DNA from: Gammaproteobacteria bacterium
GTDB lineage: Bacteria > Pseudomonadota > Gammaproteobacteria > Eutrophobiales > Eutrophobiaceae
NCBI GenBank assembly: GCA_965116495.1
Contig: OZ220696.1
Coordinates: 3,168,001 to 3,232,000 of the forward strand
DNA: 64,000 nt
Reading direction: 5' to 3'
Each line of letters starts with the position of its first letter. Position 1 is the first letter of the stretch. A program made the translations under genes and the position numbers. Below the pieces are notes generated by a model. That model ran no database searches. It worked only from the letters and a program-made list of their open reading frames with translations, and had not been told where the DNA came from. This document shows, one piece after another, positions 9,302 through 18,200 of this stretch.

Positions 9302-10099
9302 ATGAAATTTAACCAGACAACAGATTTTTTCTACCAGTTGTTTACGCTGATTGCCGCAATTATTATCGTTCATGCGCTGTATATTGCGGTGATCCGGCCG
9401 AATGCGGAAGCCATCCTGGAGGAACAGCGTATCCAGCAGCAGGCCGGTGAAAACTACGAAGTGAAGCGTTCCGTTTTTATTGTCATTAAGGATTTTGAAC
9501 AGGAAGCCTGTTTTATTCTGGCCCTCTGGGTCGTAGCCATTATCGGCCTGAAAGCCAGGATAGCGCTTTCCGAAAGACGCCTGCTGAGCCGTTCCCTGCT
9601 GGAGGTGGCCGCCGGCGCCACCATACTGCCCGAGGATTCCCGGCAATATATCAGGCCGCTACAGGCCTTGGCGGAGGATGAACGGGAATCCCTGTTGCCG
9701 CGTGCGCTACAGGCGGCATTGCAGCGGTTTGGTTCTACCGCGGACATACAGGATGTCTCATCCGCTATCCGGGAAATCTGCGAGACGGAATCCGATAGGC
9801 TGGATTCCGAACTTTCGATGATCAGGTATGTCATCTGGGCCATTCCTTCTATCGGCTTTATCGGCACCGTGCGCGGTATCGGCGAAGCCCTCGGTCAGGC
9901 CCATCGGGCGGTAGAAGGCGATATCGTGGGGGTGACCGTCAGTCTGGGTGTCGCCTTCAACTCCACCTTCATCGCACTGATCATCAGCATTTTCATCATG
10001 TTCCTGATGCACCAGTTACAGCTTATGCAGGAAAGACTGGTGCTGGATACACAGCATTACTGCGACGTAAACCTGTTGCGGCACTTGCAGGTCAGGTAA
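9302..10099 (+). CDS. MotA/TolQ/ExbB proton channel family protein
   Basis: Four hydrophobic segments; IWAIPSIGFIGTVRGI and LGVAFNSTFIAL correspond to the family's two C-terminal channel helices. Confidence 0.9.
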   Translation: MKFNQTTDFFYQLFTLIAAIIIVHALYIAVIRPNAEAILEEQRIQQQAGENYEVKRSVFIVIKDFEQEACFILALWVVAIIGLKARIALSERRLLSRSLLEVAAGATILPEDSRQYIRPLQALAEDERESLLPRALQAALQRFGSTADIQDVSSAIREICETESDRLDSELSMIRYVIWAIPSIGFIGTVRGIGEALGQAHRAVEGDIVGVTVSLGVAFNSTFIALIISIFIMFLMHQLQLMQERLVLDTQHYCDVNLLRHLQVR

Positions 10100-10150
10100 A
10101 TGATGGTGTGCAATACAGGTTGGGGCAGCCGGCCATCGCCAGGAGCATGA

Positions 10151-11467
10151 ATGACTGATGCTGTCATAGAACTGAACGACTGCGAGGTAAGCGTAATCCG
10201 GTCCGGAAACGTCGTGGTGAGCAGTCCCGGCATTGCCGTGCTCAAGGAAGACCGGATCGAACTGGGACAGGGGGCCTTGCAAGCCACACATATCGACCCG
10301 AGGAATACCTTCAGCCGGTTCTGGAGCAATCTCAACCAGGATAACTTCAAGCACCGGACGAAACTGGCCAGGCATAATGCCGACCTGGCTTATGCCCACT
10401 TGTTATCCTTGCACGAGATGGCGGACGGCGTGGATAGGGTAGTACTCGCCGTGCCCGGCAGTTATACCACAGAGCAATTGGCGCTGTTGCTGGGCTTGAT
10501 GGACGCCTCCCCCTTTACTTCAGCAGGCCTGGTCGATAGCGCTATCGCGGCGGCGGCAGCGACGGCCGGCGCCGGGAGCTATAACCACCTGGATGTCCAC
10601 CTGCATAACACTGTCATTACCTCACTGGAAGTCTCCGGCACAGTGATGCGCACGGCAGTCAAAGTAATCAATGATGTCGGTCTGTTGGATATTCAAGACA
10701 AATGCGTGAGCCACGTTGCTGACCTGTTTATTCAACAATCCCGGTTTGATCCGCTGCATCACGCGGTAACGGAACAGGCCCTTTGCAACCGTATGGCGCA
10801 ATGCCTGCATGAACTGGCAGGTGAAGCTGACACGATGGTCGATATCGAGTTTGAGAATGCCCATTACCAGGCCCGGGTGAATCGGGAGCGCCTGGTGGAA
10901 GCGCTACGACCGTTGTACAGTAAAATCAGCGCTGCCGTCGACGCCAACCAGCTTGCGCTGGTGCACAAACGTCTTGCCGGTCTGCCCGCGTTCACCGACC
11001 ACCTGTCTGAGGCAAGCAGGCACATCGAGGTCCTGGATGAACACGCCGTGTTCGCCGGCTGCATGGGCTATATGCAGGAAGACAAAGCTGCGGATGAAGA
11101 GGTTTACTTCATCACGCAACTCAAGGCCGCTGCGGAACCCGCAATAAGTTACGCAACTACAGCAAGGCTGGAACAAAAGCCTGAAGTGGGGGCGACCCAC
11201 GTCCTGGTGGATGCTGAGGCCCACCCACTCGGGCAGGCTCCGCTGTACCTGTCCGCACAGGGAGGTTTAACGCAGTCCGGGAGTCAGGACACTCTTTGTT
11301 CCCTGACACTTAAGGAATCAGTTGCAACTCTTGCTCTGTCAGGCGACGCCGAAATTGTTCTCGTCAACGGCCGGGCCGTGAACGGCAACGTCGAACTCAA
11401 GCCGGGCGACGTAATCGGTTTTGCCGGCTCAACACACAAATTCAGCCTTATCAGGGTCCTGGAATGA
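10151..11467 (+). CDS. Degenerate Hsp70/actin-like ATPase-fold protein with C-terminal FHA-like domain
   Basis: VVLAVPGSYTTEQ, LVDSAIAAA, HLDVHLHNT and VGLLDIQD follow the Hsp70 NBD motif order; C-terminal VLVNGRAV...ELKPGDVI is FHA-like; RBS AGGAG. Confidence 0.6.
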   Translation: MTDAVIELNDCEVSVIRSGNVVVSSPGIAVLKEDRIELGQGALQATHIDPRNTFSRFWSNLNQDNFKHRTKLARHNADLAYAHLLSLHEMADGVDRVVLAVPGSYTTEQLALLLGLMDASPFTSAGLVDSAIAAAAATAGAGSYNHLDVHLHNTVITSLEVSGTVMRTAVKVINDVGLLDIQDKCVSHVADLFIQQSRFDPLHHAVTEQALCNRMAQCLHELAGEADTMVDIEFENAHYQARVNRERLVEALRPLYSKISAAVDANQLALVHKRLAGLPAFTDHLSEASRHIEVLDEHAVFAGCMGYMQEDKAADEEVYFITQLKAAAEPAISYATTARLEQKPEVGATHVLVDAEAHPLGQAPLYLSAQGGLTQSGSQDTLCSLTLKESVATLALSGDAEIVLVNGRAVNGNVELKPGDVIGFAGSTHKFSLIRVLE

Positions 11468-11497
11468 CAGGCGCCGGCAGACGTCGCAGGGGTTACC

Positions 11498-11599
11498 GGG
11501 GACAGGTTTCAAACATGCCCCTGCATGTTGTAAGCAGGGGTCTGTCCTCTGTCACGGGGCTGTCAGATTTCAGCGGGGACAGATTTCAATTCTGTCCCC
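11498..11599. repeat. Cluster of GGGGAC...CCCC REP-like palindromes
   Basis: GGGGACAGGTTTCAAACATGCCCC (11498-11521) and GGGGACAGATTTCAATTCTGTCCCC (11575-11599). Confidence 0.7.
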
Positions 11600-11632
11600 T
11601 GTTACAGCGGTCGACTTTCCTCCGGATGAGAA

Positions 11633-12718
11633 ATGCGGACTAAAAGACTGCTTACACCCTTCAGCCTGTCGTTCCTGGACATCATGTCCTGCGGCTTCGG
11701 CTCGGTGGTACTGTTGTTTCTCATCATCAAGCATAACGTTGATACCAACGTTCCCGTCCCCGTCGATACCCGCGACGAGACTGCCGAGGTCATGCTGCTG
11801 GAGGAGGAAATCCTGGAAGGTAAAAAAAACCTCGCCAGGACCCGCAACACCATCTCGGACATCGATGAGCAACTGGTGGTGGCGCAAGGTATGGCCCGGC
11901 GCATTATGGAAAAAATCGAGGAAACCCGGTCCCTGGCGGAGCAACTGTCGGAAACGACCGATTCTGTGGAACTGGACCGGCTGAAGCTCAATATCAAGAA
12001 GCTGGAGGAGCAGAAAAAGCAGTTACAGGAGGAGATAAAAGAGACAGGAGATGATGTCCGGCGCCTGGTCGGAGAAGGGAACCGCGAGTACCTAACCGGA
12101 CTCAGGCTGGGTGGCAAGCGTATTTTAATTCTGCTGGATGTCTCCGGCAGCATGCTGGACGATACTATCGTCAATATCATCCGCATCCGTAACATGCGCG
12201 ATGGGATCAAACGCAACGCGCCTAAATGGGTGCAGACCTTGCGGATGGTGGATTGGCTGACGGCCGGGTTTCCCAGGGACAGCCAATACCAGATCTACGT
12301 GTTCAACACCGAAACGCGCTCGGTGTTGCCGGGGCTGGCCGGGAAATGGCTGGGCGTCAGCGACAAGGCGCAATTGAATTCGATCATTGAAGCGCTAGGA
12401 AAGATCGTGCCGGAGGGCGGCACCAACCTGGAACGGGCCTTTGCCGCCATCGGCAAACTGCGGCCCCGGCCCGACAATGTGTACTTGATTACGGACGGTC
12501 TGCCCACTCAGGGCTCCAGGACGATCCGGGGCCCTTACATTACCGGTAAACAGCGGCTGAACCTGTTTGCCAGGGCAATCAATCAACTTCCCGCAAACGT
12601 TCCGGTTAACGTAATCCTGGCGCCGCTGGAAGGAGACCCGGAGGCGGCCTACGCCTACTGGCGCCTGGCCATGAATACCGACGGTTCGTTCCTGGTGCCC
12701 AGCGAGGACTGGCCATGA
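11633..12718 (+). CDS. vWA-domain membrane protein 1 with ExbD/MotB-like N-terminal TM Asp and coiled coil
   Basis: FSLSFLDIMSCGFGSVVLLFLII; about 100-aa heptad coil; MIDAS LLDVSGS...GGTN...LITDG. Confidence 0.85.
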   Translation: MRTKRLLTPFSLSFLDIMSCGFGSVVLLFLIIKHNVDTNVPVPVDTRDETAEVMLLEEEILEGKKNLARTRNTISDIDEQLVVAQGMARRIMEKIEETRSLAEQLSETTDSVELDRLKLNIKKLEEQKKQLQEEIKETGDDVRRLVGEGNREYLTGLRLGGKRILILLDVSGSMLDDTIVNIIRIRNMRDGIKRNAPKWVQTLRMVDWLTAGFPRDSQYQIYVFNTETRSVLPGLAGKWLGVSDKAQLNSIIEALGKIVPEGGTNLERAFAAIGKLRPRPDNVYLITDGLPTQGSRTIRGPYITGKQRLNLFARAINQLPANVPVNVILAPLEGDPEAAYAYWRLAMNTDGSFLVPSEDWP

Positions 12719-13710
12719 GAAAAAAACGGCGGGAAAACGAGGCGTTCAGTATCTCATTCCTGGACGTCATCACCTGCGGTTTCGGCGCAATCATACTGTT
12801 GCTCATGATCGCCAAAACCGGGGACAGTCCCATACTGGAGACCGCGGTCGAATCCATGCACGGTATAGTGCGGGAATTGCAGGTCCAGTTATTTGAAATT
12901 CGCGGTGAGGCCAAAATCCTGGACCGGGAACTGGACGCCAGGCATGAACAGCGGTCCGAATGGGAGGAGCGGGTTGCCCGCCTCGAGGCGGAACTGGCAA
13001 CGGAGGAAATACGCTATAACAACGTGCGTGACGACTCTGCCGTAGGCATCATCATCAAGGACGAATTTGAGTTGGCCCTGCAGCAACTGACGGAAGAAAT
13101 GAAGCGCCTGTTGTCGCAAAGAGACCGCGTACGCACCGACCTGGTAGGCGGCATACCGGTCGATAGCGAATATGTCATTTTTGTCCTCGACACCTCGGGC
13201 AGCATGGTCAACTACCATTGGGAAAACATGATCAACCAGTTGATTACGACCCTTGACGTCTATCCCCGCCTTAAGGGCATACAGATCATGAGTGACATGG
13301 GCGAATACCTGTTTTCCCAGTACCGGCGTACCTGGATTCCCGATACCGAAGGCAGGCGCAAGGTCATCATCAGGACTTTGCGCAGTTGGAGAACCTTCAG
13401 CAACAGCAGCCCGGTGGAAGGCATCACCAAGGCGATCCGCAGCTTTTATGACCCCGGAAAGAAGATCAGCATCTATGTGTACGGAGACGAGTTTACCGGA
13501 CCTTCAATCAGGCAGGTCCTGGATCAGGTGGAGCGCATCAACCCGAAAGACAAGGACGGCCAAACCATGGTGCGCATCCATGCGGTCGGCTTTCCGGTTC
13601 CTTCCAACGCCGGTGAACATTTCCTGATAACCAATAAACGTTATGCTTCACTCATGCGCCAACTGACCCACAAGAACGGCGGCGCGTACGTCGGCCTGAA
13701 TGAACAGTGA
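12715..13710 (+). CDS. vWA-domain membrane protein 2, paralogous architecture
   Basis: FSISFLDVITCGFGAIILLLMI; coiled coil; VLDTSGS...YGDE; IHAVGF; ATGA overlap with paralog 1. Confidence 0.85.
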   Translation: MRKKRRENEAFSISFLDVITCGFGAIILLLMIAKTGDSPILETAVESMHGIVRELQVQLFEIRGEAKILDRELDARHEQRSEWEERVARLEAELATEEIRYNNVRDDSAVGIIIKDEFELALQQLTEEMKRLLSQRDRVRTDLVGGIPVDSEYVIFVLDTSGSMVNYHWENMINQLITTLDVYPRLKGIQIMSDMGEYLFSQYRRTWIPDTEGRRKVIIRTLRSWRTFSNSSPVEGITKAIRSFYDPGKKISIYVYGDEFTGPSIRQVLDQVERINPKDKDGQTMVRIHAVGFPVPSNAGEHFLITNKRYASLMRQLTHKNGGAYVGLNEQ

Positions 13711-13797
13711 ACGCCTCACTACGAAGTTTGTGGACTACCACCGAGTTAAGGACAATAATATATGTATTCGAGATACGAAGCGCAGGATAGGGCCAGA

Positions 13798-14427
13798 ATG
13801 ACTCACAGACTCATTTATTCAGCCGGCTTGTTGTTGATCCTGACTGCCTGCGAGCAGTCCATGTCCCTCAGGGTGGAGAGTGAAATACCCATCCCGGTGA
13901 TCGACCGGATGCCGGTAAAAATGGGGGTAATCTTCCAGGACGAATTGCGCAACTACGTCTCTGAGGAAAATTCCGACGAACGGCCCAACTGGAAGATCGA
14001 GAGCGGTTCTTCCCACGTCGCCTTGTTCCAGCAATTACTTTCCTCCATGTTCGAGGAGACAAAAGAAGTCGCCGGTGCCGGCGCCGATACTACAGTCGAT
14101 GCGGTATTGGCGCCCACCGTCGCCGAAATGCAATTTGCCCTGCCCGCGGAAACCAAAACGGATTTTTATGAAGCCTGGGTTAAATATAATATGGAGCTGT
14201 TTAACCAGGACGGCAGTCGAATAGCAAACTGGTCGGTAACAGGGTACGGAAAATCCTCCACCGAATTCATGAAAAGCCGTGATAAGGGACTCAACGCGGC
14301 GGTAAACCAGGCCCTGCGGGATGCAGGCGCCAAATTTGCGCTCGGTTTCTCCAGGATAGAGGAGATCAGCGTCTGGGTGGAGCAGAAGAACAAAATATCC
14401 GCAGATTACGCAGATGAACGCAGGTAA
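13798..14427 (+). CDS. Uncharacterised lipoprotein
   Basis: Lipobox LTAC after MTHRLIYSAGLLLI (upstream ATG 13762 possible). The last 10 codons overlap a repeat arm. Confidence 0.75.
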   Translation: MTHRLIYSAGLLLILTACEQSMSLRVESEIPIPVIDRMPVKMGVIFQDELRNYVSEENSDERPNWKIESGSSHVALFQQLLSSMFEETKEVAGAGADTTVDAVLAPTVAEMQFALPAETKTDFYEAWVKYNMELFNQDGSRIANWSVTGYGKSSTEFMKSRDKGLNAAVNQALRDAGAKFALGFSRIEEISVWVEQKNKISADYADERR

Positions 14428-14544
14428 GTTATGATATTTATTCGGAGGTACAGCATAAAAAATCATTACTGCCATCAGCGGTCACCTCAATCACCTTTGA
14501 AACAATAAGTTTTTATCTGCGTTCATCTGCGTAATCTGCAGATA
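14396..14544. repeat. 32-bp inverted repeat pair (CGCAGATTACGCAGATGAACGCAG type) around an 85-bp AT-rich spacer, MITE/REP-like
   Basis: 14396-14427 and 14513-14544 are reverse complements with 2 mismatches. Confidence 0.85.
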
Positions 14545-14597
14545 AAACATCTATAATCTTTGGATGTAATATAAGCCTTGGTGAGTAGCGTGTGATC

Positions 14598-15266
14598 ATG
14601 AAAATCCTGTTAGCTATCACGTTGTTAATCGGTTTGGGCCTGTTTGCCGGGTGCAAGAGCACCACTGTGATTGACGAGTACAGGGAGACTCCCGAGGCAG
14701 GTATCAACCAGGGTGAGGCCATAGTGGTGCTGGGGCGGCGCCACAGTTCCGGCTACGAGACAGAGGATGATTTCATAAGTTGTGTGGGTAGGTCATTGGG
14801 ACAGGGACAGTCCGAGATCAACGTGATTCCGGAAAAGGACTTCGTAGACAGCATGTATCCGTACTTTGAAACCAGTACCGCGCCCATGGATGTAAGAAAC
14901 CTGGGTTCGCTGGCAAAAATTCCTGCTATCGCCACAAAATTCAATGATTTCAACCTGCGCTATTTCGTCTGGATCGACGGTGCCACGGAAAGGACGGATT
15001 CCTCGGGCTCGGTGTCCTGTGCCGTAGGACCGGGTGGCGGCGGCTGTTTCGGGTTTGCCTACTGGAAGGATGAAGCAAATTATGAGGCCAGCATCTGGGA
15101 TTTCAAGCAACTGGCCCTGTCCGGCAAGATCAACGCCGAAACCAAGGGAACCTCATACATGCCGGCGATAATCATCCCGGTCCCCATGCTGGCGCGGGTC
15201 CAGGAAAATGCCTGCAAATCCCTGGCCAACCAGATCAGGACTTTCTTCTCGCATCAACCCGGCTGA
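14598..15266 (+). CDS. Uncharacterised lipoprotein
   Basis: Lipobox FAGC; SCAVGPGGGGCFG Cys-flanked glycine loop. Confidence 0.78.
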   Translation: MKILLAITLLIGLGLFAGCKSTTVIDEYRETPEAGINQGEAIVVLGRRHSSGYETEDDFISCVGRSLGQGQSEINVIPEKDFVDSMYPYFETSTAPMDVRNLGSLAKIPAIATKFNDFNLRYFVWIDGATERTDSSGSVSCAVGPGGGGCFGFAYWKDEANYEASIWDFKQLALSGKINAETKGTSYMPAIIIPVPMLARVQENACKSLANQIRTFFSHQPG

Positions 15267-15334
15267 ACTCCCGCCATTCCGGTGCGTCATTCCGGCGCAA
15301 GCCGGAACCTGATGAAGCGTTCCCCCTTCCTCTG

Positions 15335-16579
15335 TTACTCAGCCATTTCCAGCATGGCGTGCAGCAGCACGTTGCAGCCGGCTTCCAGGTCTTCCTTGCG
15401 GGCGTTCTCTGCCTCGTTATGGCTCAAACCACCTTCGCAGGGGATAAAAATCATGCTCGCAGGCGCCACCCTGGATACGTAAACGGAATCGTGACCAGCG
15501 CCGCTTACCATTCCCATATTGGTGTACCCAAGGGACACAGCCGCGTTACGGACTGCATTTATGCAGTTATCGTCGAAGCTGATGGCGGGTGATTCCAGCT
15601 CCTCTTTAACCTCGCCTGCGAGGCGGAACCTGCCGCATTCGTGCGTTACGATTTCCCGCATCAACCGCTCCATGTGCTTTACCTGCGTCTGTTCGGGGTG
15701 GCGTATATCCACAGTTACTGTCAGGCGTTCCGGTACGGTATTGCGCGACCCGGGTTCGGTCCTGATATCTCCGAACGTCATTCTTGCCCAGGGTTTTAAA
15801 TCATCGGCGACCTGGAAAAGCTTGTCGAGAATGGCATACAGGGCCATAACCGGGTCCCGCCGCACTTCCATCGGGGTCGTACCTGCGTGGCACGGCACGC
15901 CCTCGATGACCAGGTCGTACCAGCCGATAGCCTGTACGCCGTTGACAACGCCGATCTGGAGGCCGGCATTTTCCAGGATGGGGCCCTGTTCAATATGTAC
16001 CTCGAATGCGGCCCTGAGCGGTTTTGGCCGGCATTCTGCCGAACCCAGGTAGCCGATCCGTTGCAGTTCCTCCTTCACGGTTTGTCCTGCCTTGTTCCTC
16101 CGGTTGTGGCCGTAATCCAGGCTGAACTCTCCGGCCCACACACCCGATCCCAGCATGGCCGGTGAGAAGCGCGCGCCTTCCTCGTTGGTCCAGCATACCA
16201 CCTCGATGGGATGTTCAGTCTCAAGGTTGGCGTCGTTTAGCGTCCGTACGACTTCCAGGCCGGCAAGCACCCCGTAAACTCCGTCGAACTTGCCGCCGGT
16301 AGGCTGGGTATCCAGGTGGGAACCGGCGATAACAGGGGGAAGCGACGCATTCCTGCCCGGACGCAGGGCGAAGATATTGCCCATCTCATCGACGGTAATA
16401 TCGCAGCCGGCTGCCTCGCACCATGAAATGAACAGGTTCCGCCCCAGTTTATCCTCATCGGTCAGGGCCTGGCGGTTGCAGCCGCCGCGCGGGGTTTTGC
16501 CGAATTCGGCCATTTCCATGAGTGACGACCAGAGCCGGTCACCGGTTATTTTGATTATGGATGTGTCTACTGACGTCAT
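15335..16579 (-). CDS. M20 Zn-dependent amidohydrolase (N-carbamoyl-L-amino acid hydrolase / beta-ureidopropionase-like)
   Basis: GSHLDTQPTGGKFDG, WTNEEGARF, EVHIEQGP, HAGTTPM, SGAGHD, SHNEAE. Confidence 0.93.
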   Translation of the reverse strand: MTSVDTSIIKITGDRLWSSLMEMAEFGKTPRGGCNRQALTDEDKLGRNLFISWCEAAGCDITVDEMGNIFALRPGRNASLPPVIAGSHLDTQPTGGKFDGVYGVLAGLEVVRTLNDANLETEHPIEVVCWTNEEGARFSPAMLGSGVWAGEFSLDYGHNRRNKAGQTVKEELQRIGYLGSAECRPKPLRAAFEVHIEQGPILENAGLQIGVVNGVQAIGWYDLVIEGVPCHAGTTPMEVRRDPVMALYAILDKLFQVADDLKPWARMTFGDIRTEPGSRNTVPERLTVTVDIRHPEQTQVKHMERLMREIVTHECGRFRLAGEVKEELESPAISFDDNCINAVRNAAVSLGYTNMGMVSGAGHDSVYVSRVAPASMIFIPCEGGLSHNEAENARKEDLEAGCNVLLHAMLEMAE

Positions 16580-16635
16580 GCTTGGATTTCCGTAAATCTC
16601 CTTTCGCAATAGTTGGCTGTATAATGGCCAATGCC

Positions 16636-17394
16636 ATGCAGTTTATCACAGACCCGTTCTTTTACATGATCGCCGTCCCTGCCGTACTGTTTGTCGGCGT
16701 AGCCAAAGGAGGTTTTGCCGGGACTCTCGGCACTATAACCGTTCCCCTGATGTCATTCGCCGTTGACCCGGTTACGGCGGCCGCCATCCTGTTGCCGATC
16801 CTGTGTGTCATGGATTTATTTTCCGCCTGGAATTTCCGTCACAGCTTTGACGTGTCCCACCTTAAGATACTGGTCCCCGGCAGCGTCGTGGGCATAACCC
16901 TGGCCGCGCTTCTCATGGGGAAATTAACGGAAGACCACGTACGCATCATGGTGGGAGTTATCGCCATCAGCTTCTGCCTCAACCATTGGCTGCGCCTGAC
17001 TGCGCGCAGTTACCGGCCCGGAAAGACAAGTGGTTATTTCTGGGGAGCCCTGGCCGGGTTTACCAGCACCCAGGTCCATGCCGGCGGCCCGCCTGTGAGT
17101 GTCTATATACTGCCCCAGCGTATGGAAAAGAAGACCATGATCGGCACCATCGTCATGTTTTTCCTGTTCGTCAATTACGTAAAGCTCATCCCGTACAGTT
17201 ACCTTGACCTGTTAACCCCCCCGAACCTGACGACCTCGCTGGTACTGATGCCCTTCGCCCCGCTGGGAGTGAAACTGGGTTACTGGTTGCTGCATAAAGT
17301 CCCCGAGGCCCTGGTGTACAGGATTTTATACCTGTTCCTGTTTATCCTGGGGATGAAAATGATCCTCGACGGCACTATCGGCAGGCTGTTTTAG
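16636..17394 (+). CDS. TSUP (TauE/SafE) family transporter
   Basis: GVAKGGFAG, AAAILLPIL..MD, HAGGPP, NYVKLIPY; about 8 TM. Confidence 0.9.
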   Translation: MQFITDPFFYMIAVPAVLFVGVAKGGFAGTLGTITVPLMSFAVDPVTAAAILLPILCVMDLFSAWNFRHSFDVSHLKILVPGSVVGITLAALLMGKLTEDHVRIMVGVIAISFCLNHWLRLTARSYRPGKTSGYFWGALAGFTSTQVHAGGPPVSVYILPQRMEKKTMIGTIVMFFLFVNYVKLIPYSYLDLLTPPNLTTSLVLMPFAPLGVKLGYWLLHKVPEALVYRILYLFLFILGMKMILDGTIGRLF

Positions 17395-17459
17395 ATACTG
17401 ACAGAGGCAGCAATAGGTGTTACCTTGAGCGTTCTTTCATCCATGCGCGGGGAGCAGAC

Positions 17460-18200
17460 ATGAGACTCTTTTATTCACCCTTCCATTCCCTGATTCACAA
17501 GGTCCTGGTGACCATCCATGAACTCGGTCTGTGGGACGACGTTACCTTCGTTCCGACCTACCCGTTTTTCAACCGCGCCGGTGAGTTCCAGGACGACAAG
17601 TACTCCATTGCGCCCATCAACCCCCTGGACAAGGTGCCCACACTGGTCCTGGATGACGGACGCGCCGTCTATGCCAGCCAGGCAATAGTCGAATGCCTGG
17701 ACAGCATGAGCAAATCCGGAAAAAGACTATACCCGGAGAGCGGCCCGCAGCGCTGGGATGCCGTTACCCGCCTGGCCCTCGCCGACACCATGTTTGAATC
17801 CACCGTTGGGATGGTGATGGAAGGCTGGAACCCCGAAGATAAACAACGTATTGAATTGCACGAGTGGATCTGGCCGAAGATCATCAGGGGCTGCGACCGG
17901 CTTGAAGCGTATTGCAAGCGCGGTTTTGACGATTTTGATATCGGCCATGCCGCCATGTTGCACGCCATCAGTTACCTGGATTTTCGGGTGAAATTCTACG
18001 AAGTCAAGGACCCGCTCTACCCCGATTTTGATTGTTTTGCGAACAGGCCGAACCTGGAAGCCTGGTGGAAAGACGCGAGCCGGCGCCCCTCCGTTACCAA
18101 TCACTACAATGTCGATTACGAGGGCGATGATTCTGCCGGGTTCTGCCAGAGACATGTGCGGGAAGTGCTGGAACTGCAGGAGAAGAATAACGCCTTATGA
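17460..18200 (+). CDS. Glutathione S-transferase family protein
   Basis: MRLFYSP, INPLDKVPTLVLDDG, SQAIVECLD. Confidence 0.85.
   Translation: MRLFYSPFHSLIHKVLVTIHELGLWDDVTFVPTYPFFNRAGEFQDDKYSIAPINPLDKVPTLVLDDGRAVYASQAIVECLDSMSKSGKRLYPESGPQRWDAVTRLALADTMFESTVGMVMEGWNPEDKQRIELHEWIWPKIIRGCDRLEAYCKRGFDDFDIGHAAMLHAISYLDFRVKFYEVKDPLYPDFDCFANRPNLEAWWKDASRRPSVTNHYNVDYEGDDSAGFCQRHVREVLELQEKNNAL

Noticed and set aside
9302-13710. Zorya (ZorAB), flagellar MotAB, or standard ExbBD/TolQR
   Set aside because: No OmpA-like peptidoglycan-binding domain, no long ZorA tail, and no ZorC/D/E, TonB, TolA/B or Pal adjacent. The partners carry vWA domains instead.
2673-15266. Type VI secretion accessory locus (FHA, FGE/TagR-like, vWA)
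   Set aside because: No Hcp, VgrG, TssB/C, TssM, ClpV or Ser/Thr kinase recognisable in the window.
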